Source: Kiritimatiellia bacterium
GTDB taxonomy: Bacteria > Verrucomicrobiota > Kiritimatiellia > JAAZAB01
Length of the DNA: 64,000 nt
Reading direction: 5' to 3'
NCBI GenBank assembly: GCA_050944835.1
Contig: JBMNRV010000011.1
Span: 6,657 to 70,656 of the forward strand
Below the pieces are notes generated by a model, which saw only the letters and a program-made list of their open reading frames with translations, searched no databases and was not told the origin of the DNA. The number at the start of each line of letters is the position of its first letter. Within the stretch, counting starts at the first letter, position 1. The position numbers and the translations under genes are program-made. This document shows positions 9,628 to 17,996 of this stretch, in pieces.

Positions 9628-10143
9628 ATGAATACTGCCGCCATCATTCTTCGTTCACCGGATCAGTGCATTACACGCATCCGTGGGCGCGCGGTAATTA
9701 TAGATTCGGATCTCGCCGCACTCTATGGCGTGCCCGTAAAACGCCTAAATGAGCAAGTCCGCCGCAACAGGGAACGCTTCCCTGAACCATTCATGTTCCG
9801 CCTGACCGATGTGGAGTGGAATTCTTTAAGGTCGCAATTTGCGACCTTAAAGCGTGGGCAACATCGCAAATATATGCCTTATGCCTTTACCGAACACGGC
9901 GCCATTATGGCCGCAACTGTTTTAAATAGTCCTCAAGCTATAAAAATGAGCGTGGCAGTTGTTACAGCTTTTGTGAACCTCCGCCGCATGGCGCTCTCGG
10001 TTGAAGCGCTTGCCCGCAAGGTCAATGAACTTGAAAGCAAATACGACAAACGATTCAAGGTTGTCTTTGATGCCGTCCGCCAGTTGATGATGCACCCCCC
10101 GTCATCCAACAGGATCAACGGCTTCCGAGAAAAGAAAGACTGA
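9628..10143 (+). CDS. ORF6N domain DNA-binding protein
   Basis: IRGRAVIIDSDLAALYGV..KRLNEQVRRNRERFPE.FMFRL, RSQFATLK, PYAFTEHGAIMAATVLNS; start 9574 or 9628. Confidence 0.9.
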   Translation: MNTAAIILRSPDQCITRIRGRAVIIDSDLAALYGVPVKRLNEQVRRNRERFPEPFMFRLTDVEWNSLRSQFATLKRGQHRKYMPYAFTEHGAIMAATVLNSPQAIKMSVAVVTAFVNLRRMALSVEALARKVNELESKYDKRFKVVFDAVRQLMMHPPSSNRINGFREKKD

Positions 10144-10197
10144 TTCACACCGTTTTGCGTCTCATCCGATATCTATCTAAATAAAAGGAACATCACC

Positions 10198-13100
10198 ATG
10201 AACACAAGAAACATTCTGGCGCTCGTTGTCGCGGGTCTGTTTGTAGTCACCGCCACCACCGCCCCTGCCGGAGAGAAGGCGAATCCGAACACGAACTCCT
10301 ACATCAACTTCTCAAGCCCTTTAGTATTCAGAGTCAAACCGCAAGTGCAATCGTGGAACGGGACGGTTCAGTGGTCCATCGACGCGAAGCACTGGTTTAA
10401 CTACACCTCCGGCGACATGGAAGCGGGGCCGGACGGCCTAGGCTCATACTTGTTGTACGTCCGTGGAACGGGCAACTCCCGGATTACAGGCTTCGATCAA
10501 CCGGGCTGGATCATTAACGGCAAGGGGCCGATCGTCTGCTCCGGCAACTTGGAAACCATGCTTGACTACACGACGGTGGCTAATGGTGGGCATCCCCTAA
10601 TGGATACCTACTGCTTCGCAAACCTCTTCCAGAACTGTACGAATCTCAGTAGCGCGCCGTTGCTCCTGGCGGCGAATCTGACGAATAGTTGTTGTAGTTC
10701 CATGTTCTCCGGCTGCACGAGGCTGACGAATGCGCCCGTGTTACCCTCCACGAATCTGGCTAACCAATGTTACTACAACATGTTCTCCGACTGCTCGAGC
10801 CTGACGATCGCACCCGAGCTGCCCGCCACGACGCTGGCGCTCGGCTGCTACGCCTTCATGTTCAACCACTGCTCGAGCCTGAAAAAGGCGCCAACGCTGC
10901 CGGCCACGACGCTGGCGCCCGCCTGCTACCGCCAAATGTTCAGTTTCTGCGACAGCCTGACGAATGTGCCAACGCTGCCGGCCACTACGCTTGCATCCCT
11001 CTGCTACCAGCACATGTTCCACTTCTGTTCAGGACTGACGGAGTTACCGGCGCTCCCGGCGACGAATCTGGCCGAGAATTGCTACTACGAAATGTTCAAG
11101 GCTTGCACGGGCATCAAAGTGTACACCGCAGGACCTGGAACACCGTGGAGCATCCCGAGCGGTGCGACTCCCGCAACGAACTGGAACTATAGGATGTTCA
11201 ATGGCACAAGCGGCGACTTCCGAGACGACCCGGAGATCGGTACCACGTACTACTACGTGTCGTCAGAGCTATTCCCAGCCCCGAGTGCGTACCTCACCTT
11301 CTCCAGCACGAACACCTTCACGGTCACGCCGCCGACCAATTCATGGGACGGGACGCTTTACTGCTCCACTGACGCGACAAATTGGTCAAGCTTCACCACC
11401 AACGGCGCGACCGCGACGAACAACGGCGCCGGGGAATACAAGCTCTACCTCTGCGGGGCGAGCAACACCTACATTACCGGCTTCGACAGCCTGTTCAACT
11501 CCGGTTTGACGATTACCGGCGCCGGGTCGGTCGCCTGCTCCGGCAACATCGAGACCTTGCTGGATTATGCGACGGTGGCCGACGGCGGGCATCCGGTGAT
11601 GACCGAATACTGTTTCTTGAACCTATTCAAAAATTGTAAGGCGCTCGTCAGCGCACCGGCGTTACCGGCCATGACTCTGACCAATTCCTGCTACCTGTCA
11701 ATGTTCTCCGGCTGCACGAGTCTGACGAGCGCGCCGGCGCTGCCGGCCACAAATCTGGCCGTTTCCTGTTACCGCCATATGTTCGCCGACTGCACGAGTC
11801 TGACGAGCGCGCCAGCGCTACCGGCCTCGAATCTGACCAGTTTCTGCTACAACTACATGTTCATCAGTTGCTCAGGGTTGAAGCAGGCGCCGACGCTGCC
11901 GGCGACGACGCTGGCCACCTCCTGCTACGACGGCATGTTCAATAGCTGCACAAGCCTGACCAATGCTCCGGAGCTGCCAGCTGTGAATCTGGCCGAGAAG
12001 TGCTACCAAGGCATGTTCAACGCCTGCACAGGGCTGAAGCAGGCGCCGGTACTGCCGGCCACAGCGCTGGCTACCAGCTGCTACGGCCACATGTTCTACA
12101 GCTGTACTGGGTTGACCGAGGCGCCGGCGCTGCCGGCCACGACGCTAACCAATTCCTGCTACAACTACATGTTCGCCGGCTGCACGGGCCTGACACGCTT
12201 GCCGGTTCTGCCCGCCACGAATCTGGCAGCCAACTGCTACAACAGCATGTTCTACGGCTGTACTGGTATTAAGCTGAACACCGAAGGTCCCGGACCGGAA
12301 TGGGGCATTCCGGCAGGTGCGGTGGAAGCAGATAACTGGAACGCCGACATGCTTCTCGACACGGGCGGCACGTTCACCAACGACCCGGTGATTGGTACCA
12401 CGTACTACTACGTGCCGTCGGCCCCGGCAGCGCCTTCCGGTGTATCCGCCAGTGATGGAACTTTTACCAATAAAATCAGGATCACTTGGAATGCAGTTAA
12501 TTTTGCCACTGGTTATCAGCTCTGGCGGCATACGGCTGACAATTCCGCGGCGGCAACGGAGATCGGATCCACTACCGGAACCACCTATGACGATACTACC
12601 ACGGTGGCCAAAACCACGTATTATTATTGGGTCAAGGCCACGAATGCCGCCGGTGTGAGCGGCTTCAGCGCCTCGGATTCCGGCTGGCGGGATGAGCCGA
12701 AACCACCGAAACCGCCGAAACCAGCAGCGCCAACCGGTGTTGGGGCCAGTGACGGCGTCTATACCGACAAGGTCCGTGTCACATGGAAAGCTTCGGCGGG
12801 AGCTACCAGTTACGTGATTTATCGTCACACAATCAACAAGCCCAGCGCGGCAGCTCGGCTTGGAACGTCTGCCACCACAAGCTATGACGACAAAACTGCC
12901 AAGACCGAACTCACCTATTATTATTGGGTGAAGGCGCTCAATGAGTCCGGCGCCAGCGGTTTCAGCGCCTTTGACACCGGTTATCCTGGCGTGGTCGGTC
13001 CATTGATTATGGTAAATGGCATGGTGGGGAATAATATCCGTGTCTCCGCCAATAAGCCCATTACTGTAGCCGCGACGATGATGAATCTGCCGCGTGCCTA

Positions 13101-13389
13101 CTTCGGGGTTCCAGTGGATTGGTGGGTGGCGGCTTATGTCCATCAGGGTGGATTGTGGTTCTACTTTGACACTAACTTTAACCTGGTACAGTTTGACGGC
13201 AATCTGGCTAATGTCCGCCCGGCCTATCAAGGGGCGCTGTATAACGTCCCGCCACTGACACTGGTTGAAAATATGTTGTTGCCGCGCGGGACGTACAACA
13301 TCTGGTTTGCCGTGGATTATCCCATGGATGGCAGGATTGACCTGAATGGGACGGTATTGCTTTCGACGACCACAATTGTGGTTGAATGA
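10198..13389 (+). CDS. Large secreted protein: two modules of 26-aa Cys-containing LRR-like (BspA-like) repeats, two FN3-like domains and a C-terminal domain
   Basis: Signal peptide; APxLPATxLAxxCYxxMFxxCTxL repeats with 78-bp period; YYYWVKA FN3 motifs; RBS AAGGA. Confidence 0.85.
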   Translation: MNTRNILALVVAGLFVVTATTAPAGEKANPNTNSYINFSSPLVFRVKPQVQSWNGTVQWSIDAKHWFNYTSGDMEAGPDGLGSYLLYVRGTGNSRITGFDQPGWIINGKGPIVCSGNLETMLDYTTVANGGHPLMDTYCFANLFQNCTNLSSAPLLLAANLTNSCCSSMFSGCTRLTNAPVLPSTNLANQCYYNMFSDCSSLTIAPELPATTLALGCYAFMFNHCSSLKKAPTLPATTLAPACYRQMFSFCDSLTNVPTLPATTLASLCYQHMFHFCSGLTELPALPATNLAENCYYEMFKACTGIKVYTAGPGTPWSIPSGATPATNWNYRMFNGTSGDFRDDPEIGTTYYYVSSELFPAPSAYLTFSSTNTFTVTPPTNSWDGTLYCSTDATNWSSFTTNGATATNNGAGEYKLYLCGASNTYITGFDSLFNSGLTITGAGSVACSGNIETLLDYATVADGGHPVMTEYCFLNLFKNCKALVSAPALPAMTLTNSCYLSMFSGCTSLTSAPALPATNLAVSCYRHMFADCTSLTSAPALPASNLTSFCYNYMFISCSGLKQAPTLPATTLATSCYDGMFNSCTSLTNAPELPAVNLAEKCYQGMFNACTGLKQAPVLPATALATSCYGHMFYSCTGLTEAPALPATTLTNSCYNYMFAGCTGLTRLPVLPATNLAANCYNSMFYGCTGIKLNTEGPGPEWGIPAGAVEADNWNADMLLDTGGTFTNDPVIGTTYYYVPSAPAAPSGVSASDGTFTNKIRITWNAVNFATGYQLWRHTADNSAAATEIGSTTGTTYDDTTTVAKTTYYYWVKATNAAGVSGFSASDSGWRDEPKPPKPPKPAAPTGVGASDGVYTDKVRVTWKASAGATSYVIYRHTINKPSAAARLGTSATTSYDDKTAKTELTYYYWVKALNESGASGFSAFDTGYPGVVGPLIMVNGMVGNNIRVSANKPITVAATMMNLPRAYFGVPVDWWVAAYVHQGGLWFYFDTNFNLVQFDGNLANVRPAYQGALYNVPPLTLVENMLLPRGTYNIWFAVDYPMDGRIDLNGTVLLSTTTIVVE

Positions 13390-13410
13390 GCGGAAGAACA
13401 CGGAGCAGAG

Positions 13411-13600
13411 GAACCGCAGATTTAAGCAGATGGAGGAACCACGGATTCACACGGATGGACACGGATAGGATTGAACTGCCAGTGCGGCTTCGTACCGCCA
13501 GTGCGGCCTCGTACCGCCAAGAAGGACGCCAAGGGGATAGGTCTGGTCCCTGGATCAGTCTGATCGGACTGATCGGTCTGATCCCCCAAGACACCAAGGA
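13411..13600. repeat. Modular repeat cluster L3
   Basis: AACCGCAGAT, AACCACGGAT x3, 19-bp unit x2, CCGCCAAG..CGCCAAG, GATCAGTCTGATCGG modules. Confidence 0.85.
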
Positions 13601-13624
13601 GGCAGAAAATAATTCAGGTGTGGG

Positions 13625-14455
13625 ATGGATGTTTTGGGAAAAATCACTGACCGGGAATTGTCCGGCAAGGTTGCGGACTTGTTGGAGCGGCTGCGGGCCT
13701 TGCCGTCGGTTTTGGTTGCCTTCAGTGGCGGTGTTGACAGCTCCCTGCTGGCGGTGATGGCGCAGTTGGCGCTGGGCGACCGCGCTTTGGCGGTCACTAT
13801 CGTTTCCCCTTTGCTGCCACAGCTTGACTTCGAAACCTCCCGGCAGATTGCCGAGCAGTATGGCTTACGCCACACACGGATCGAATTTGACCCGTTGCAG
13901 TGTCCGGAACTGTTATCCAATCCTCCCAACCGTTGTTATCATTGCAAAACCGCGATATTTCAGGCGTTGTGGCGGAAGGCGGCGGATTGCGGGGTGAAGT
14001 ATGTGCTGGATGGCGAAAACGCTGATGATGCCATGGATTACCGACCCGGACGGCAGGCGGCTATCGAACAGAAAATCATCAGCCCGCTGGCGGAAGCCGG
14101 TTTCAGCAAACAGGATATCCGCGCTGTTTCCAATCTGTTGGCAATCCCGATTGCCGGGCGTCCCGCCTCTGCGTGTCTGGCTTCACGTGTGCCTTATGGC
14201 ACGCCGCTGGCGATTGATATGTTGAGCCGGATTGACCGGGCGGAGACTTTACTGCGTGCCATGGGCTTTGCACAAGTGCGGGTGCGCGCCCACGGGGAGG
14301 CGGCGCGCATTGAATTACCGGCGGCGGACATTCAACAAGCGGCGCGCCCGGAAGTGCGCGACGCGATAGTCCGGGCAATCCAAGACACTGGATTCCGCTA
14401 TGCCGCCTTGGATTTGCTGGGGTACCGTATGGGCAGTTTGAATGAGGAGTTGTGA
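13625..14455 (+). CDS. larE: ATP-dependent sulfur transferase LarE family
   Basis: PP-loop SGGVDSS, RCYHCK, DYRPG, ACLASRVPYG, QVRVRAHG, GYRMGSLN. Confidence 0.88.
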   Translation: MDVLGKITDRELSGKVADLLERLRALPSVLVAFSGGVDSSLLAVMAQLALGDRALAVTIVSPLLPQLDFETSRQIAEQYGLRHTRIEFDPLQCPELLSNPPNRCYHCKTAIFQALWRKAADCGVKYVLDGENADDAMDYRPGRQAAIEQKIISPLAEAGFSKQDIRAVSNLLAIPIAGRPASACLASRVPYGTPLAIDMLSRIDRAETLLRAMGFAQVRVRAHGEAARIELPAADIQQAARPEVRDAIVRAIQDTGFRYAALDLLGYRMGSLNEEL

Positions 14456-14494
14456 GGAGGGGAGAATCACTGAAATTATACTGGAACGGACACT

Positions 14495-15019
14495 ATGCAA
14501 GTTGATAAAATCCTGATTTCCGAACGCCGTCTGCAAGCGCGGGTGCGGCGCTTGGCGGAAATGATAGCTGCGGATTTCGTCGGCGACGAGCTGGTAGTGG
14601 TCGGGTTGATGTGCGGCAGTTTTATGTTTATTGCCGATCTGATTCGCAGATTGCATGCCTGCCATCTGCCTTTAATTGTAGATTTCATGGTGGCTTCAAG
14701 TTATGGCGCGCGTCAGCGCTCTTCCGGGCGGGTGAGTCTGCGGCAGGATTTGAGCGTCGCTGTCCGTGCCCGACGTGTGTTGTTGGTGGATGATATTATG
14801 GATACCGGACGGACCTTGCATTGTGTGGAAACCATTTTGCGCCGCCGCCGCCCGGCTATCCTCAAAACCTGTGTGTTGCTGGATAAGCCATGCCGGCGGG
14901 TGGTGGGACGCACTCCGGACTATGTCGGCTTTACCATCCCTGATCAGTTTGTGGCCGGATATGGCTTGGATGCCGCCGGGCGCCATCGCGAGCAGCCGTT
15001 CTTGTCCGCGCCGGAGTAG
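14495..15019 (+). CDS. hpt: Hypoxanthine phosphoribosyltransferase
   Basis: GSFMFIADL, VLLVDDIMDTGRTL, LLDKP, FVAGYGLD. Confidence 0.9.
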   Translation: MQVDKILISERRLQARVRRLAEMIAADFVGDELVVVGLMCGSFMFIADLIRRLHACHLPLIVDFMVASSYGARQRSSGRVSLRQDLSVAVRARRVLLVDDIMDTGRTLHCVETILRRRRPAILKTCVLLDKPCRRVVGRTPDYVGFTIPDQFVAGYGLDAAGRHREQPFLSAPE

Positions 15020-15072
15020 CGCGGATACAGCTCGCCCCAAATAGGCATGACATAGCAGCTCGCGCGGTCTCG

Positions 15073-15193
15073 GACTGCCAGTGCGGCTCGCACCGCCCGT
15101 GGCTCTGTGTTCCGTGTTAACCTCTGCCACTTCGCCGTCCCTCACTTTGGCGTCTTCGGCGGTTTCTCCCCCGTCCATCCGCGTTCATCAGTG
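15073..15193. repeat. Modular repeat cluster L4
   Basis: CCAGTGCGGCTCGCACCG unit, then reverse-oriented TTGGCGTCTTCGGCGGTT and CATCCGCGTTCATCAGTG modules. Confidence 0.7.
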
Positions 15194-15283
15194 AAAAAAA
15201 TATTGACATATATACGCGGACTTAGTAAATATCGCGCAAGGTTATGTGATTAATGAGAGAAGTTGCCGTCCAGCACATAAGAT

Positions 15284-16390
15284 GTGAAAAAATTAATTTT
15301 AAACGAAGACACATTTATCCCCAAATATCGTCAAATCAAAGAGCATTTTAAGGCTCGGATCATCAGTGGGGAATTAAAGGTTGGCGATCTCTTGCCGTCT
15401 GACACAGAGTTATGTTCGGCCTTGAACCTGAGCAGCAATACAGTCCGGTTGGCTTTCAAAGAATTGCTGGAAGAGGGCCTGATTATACGTGAACAAGGGC
15501 GCGGTACCTATGTGGCCGATAAAATCCGCCTCAAAAAGCAAATTGTTGTGGTTCTGCCGGTGCGTGGCATTGGGCCTTTTTACGGCCGGATTTTGGAGGG
15601 TATTGAATACGAGGCCCGGTCTCAAGGTTACAATGTTTTTGTTAAAATGGTCATAAAATTGGGTGTGCCCGAAGGAGTTGTCATAGACGAATTAATAAAG
15701 GGCAGGGAAAGTGGCATTCTCTGGTGTGTCAGCGATATCAAAGCATTGCGGGAGATGACGCCCAGCATTCAAGCCTCCGGCGTGCCATTGGCACTGGTCG
15801 CGAATTATCTGGATACACCTGGGCATGACTCGATAGAAATTGATATGTACGATCATGCATATCGCTTAGCCGATAAGATGATCTGCGCCGGATGCCGTGA
15901 CATTGCCTTGTTGCTCCTGCCCCATCGGGATACATCAGATGCCACGGCGCGTCAGATTGAGGGCGTCCATGATGCGCATAAATTACATAGCATTCCCTGG
16001 GAAGACAAAGTTATCAGGGTCGAGCGGTCTGCACATCAATCCCTCGACGATCTTTTTGAAACAGTTTATATGCATTTAATTCGCTACAAAGGGCGTTTTG
16101 ATGGGATGATTGTGCCGTCATTGACCGTGGACGCAAAAACGTGTCTGGCGCATCTATGGAAAAAAGATCAGGTATTGTTTAGCGGGCTGCGTGCCGGCAT
16201 TGTCATATCCGATGCCGATTATCAAGGTGGAATCCTTCCCATGCCTGTGATTACGATCAAACGGCAAGATTTTGAGTTGGGCAAGGCGGCTGCAGCGCGC
16301 ATCATTGCGCGTATAGAAAGGAGGGCGCAAGGGGGGCCTACGACCATAATGATTAAGGCGTTGGCGGAAAACAAATGCAGGACAGGATAA
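15284..16390 (+). CDS. GntR wHTH / LacI-type sugar-binding domain regulator (AraR-like)
   Basis: PKYRQIK..GDLLPS..VRLAF..EGLIIREQGRGTYV followed by a periplasmic-binding-protein-like domain. Confidence 0.85.
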   Translation: MKKLILNEDTFIPKYRQIKEHFKARIISGELKVGDLLPSDTELCSALNLSSNTVRLAFKELLEEGLIIREQGRGTYVADKIRLKKQIVVVLPVRGIGPFYGRILEGIEYEARSQGYNVFVKMVIKLGVPEGVVIDELIKGRESGILWCVSDIKALREMTPSIQASGVPLALVANYLDTPGHDSIEIDMYDHAYRLADKMICAGCRDIALLLLPHRDTSDATARQIEGVHDAHKLHSIPWEDKVIRVERSAHQSLDDLFETVYMHLIRYKGRFDGMIVPSLTVDAKTCLAHLWKKDQVLFSGLRAGIVISDADYQGGILPMPVITIKRQDFELGKAAAARIIARIERRAQGGPTTIMIKALAENKCRTG

Positions 16391-16503
16391 ATCGTTGTCT
16401 CCATCATTTCCAATAAGCGTGAGATGGAGCGGCCAATTCCCGTTTGGGCGGCATTGCGATTGACAATAACTTCACATCAAAACCAAATGAAGGATGGTGG
16501 ATT

Positions 16504-17934
16504 ATGAAAACAAACCTGACGTTGGCAATTTTATTGTCTGGAATTACATTGGCTTGCGCCGCCACCTATTATGTGGCGCCGGATGGCGACGACTCGCGCA
16601 CTGGGCTGGGTGGTTGGAACAATGCCCTGGCCACGATCAGTAACGGGATTTTCTTGGCGGCGAATGGTGACTGCGTGCTGGTGTCCAATGGTGAATATAA
16701 AATCACCGCCGTCCTCTCAATCACTAAGGGTATCGTCCTGACCAATCTGAGCGGCAATCCGCAGGATACCATTATTAACGCGCAGGGACTGAGCAGGGTT
16801 ATATATCTCAGCCATGATAATGCTGTAGTAAGCAGTTTTTCAGTGATAAACGGGAGGCATAACGACGGCGCGGGCATTTGCATCTATCGAGGCACAGTTA
16901 ATAACTGCCATATTTACAATAACCGTACATCAGGAGGCGATGGTGGCGGAGTGGAACTTCATGCCAACGGGTCAATTTATGATTGTACTATCTATAGTAA
17001 CACGGCGCGACACGGTGGGGGAGTACATTGCAATGTGGGCGGAGTTGTTGAACGATGCCATATAACGCAGAACGTATCAACCAACAACGACTACGGCGGT
17101 GGCGGTCTTTACTTATATGCGGGCGGTTCCGCGCGAGGTTGCGATATTATTAGCAATACGGCGCAATACGGCGGTGGTGGAGTTTACTTGAATACCGCCG
17201 TCGGAAAGTGTGGGGCCATAGCAGACTGTCTTATAAAAGATAATGTGGCAACCAATCATGGCGGTGGAGTATATGTTACGGATGGCGAGGTTTCAAATTG
17301 TAAGATAATATCGAATAAAGCCATTAATCAATATGGCGGTGGGATAAGGATACAAGCAGGGAGAGCAAGTCGCTGTGAGATTGTTGGCAATAAAGCTAAA
17401 GGCTATGGCGGTGGAGTTTATATGACTGGCGGCAACATAGATAACGCGCTGATTTACGGCAACGAATCCACTAATTCCTATGGCGGTGGCATCTATCTAT
17501 ATGGTGGTGGCACATCGGAAAATTGCACGGTTATCGGTAATATTTGCAAGTTATCGTCTGGGGGTGGGATATATTGCAATCAGGCGGGCGCTATTTTTAA
17601 CGCTATCAGTCAATCGAATTTGGCCGCCGGTGTATTGAACAATGTGGGCAATCAAGGTGTGCTTAACATGTTTTATTCGCATTGCTGCGCGGACACAACC
17701 AATGCAATGCCGGGCGTCGGCAATATCGCCGGTGATGCCGACTTTGTAGATTATGCCGCAGGCAACTTCCGGTTGGCACGCGGTTCAATATGCATCAACT
17801 CTGGAACCAATCAGGCGTGGATGGGAACGGCGGTGGATTTAGATGGACACAGGCGTTTAGATCGAATGTCGCGCATAGTGGATATGGGCGCCTATGAGTA
17901 TATTCACCAAGGGACCATGTTCTTGCTGCAGTGA
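16504..17934 (+). CDS. Secreted right-handed beta-helix repeat protein with choice-of-anchor-Q-like C-terminus
   Basis: Signal peptide, YYVAPDG, many GGGVY/N.A repeats, FRLARGS.CINSG..DLDG..R...VDMGAYE. Confidence 0.85.
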   Translation: MKTNLTLAILLSGITLACAATYYVAPDGDDSRTGLGGWNNALATISNGIFLAANGDCVLVSNGEYKITAVLSITKGIVLTNLSGNPQDTIINAQGLSRVIYLSHDNAVVSSFSVINGRHNDGAGICIYRGTVNNCHIYNNRTSGGDGGGVELHANGSIYDCTIYSNTARHGGGVHCNVGGVVERCHITQNVSTNNDYGGGGLYLYAGGSARGCDIISNTAQYGGGGVYLNTAVGKCGAIADCLIKDNVATNHGGGVYVTDGEVSNCKIISNKAINQYGGGIRIQAGRASRCEIVGNKAKGYGGGVYMTGGNIDNALIYGNESTNSYGGGIYLYGGGTSENCTVIGNICKLSSGGGIYCNQAGAIFNAISQSNLAAGVLNNVGNQGVLNMFYSHCCADTTNAMPGVGNIAGDADFVDYAAGNFRLARGSICINSGTNQAWMGTAVDLDGHRRLDRMSRIVDMGAYEYIHQGTMFLLQ

Positions 17935-17996
17935 CGACTAGATCTATGGGTCAAAAGCAATCATGGGCGGACGTAAATAAACACAGGAGGTTCTGA

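Noticed and set aside
10600-12270. Diversity-generating retroelement target in the variable LRR repeats
   Set aside because: No reverse transcriptase or non-coding template repeat is seen, and variation is not obviously adenine-restricted.
12145-13401. Long antisense ORFs (12145-13401, 19893-20951, 28260-29078, 35940-36965 and others)
   Set aside because: Shadows of well-supported genes on the opposite strand in GC-rich DNA; no recognisable motifs.
15203-15232. TTGACA promoter upstream of the GntR regulator
   Set aside because: Perfect -35 but no convincing -10 hexamer at 16-18 bp spacing.
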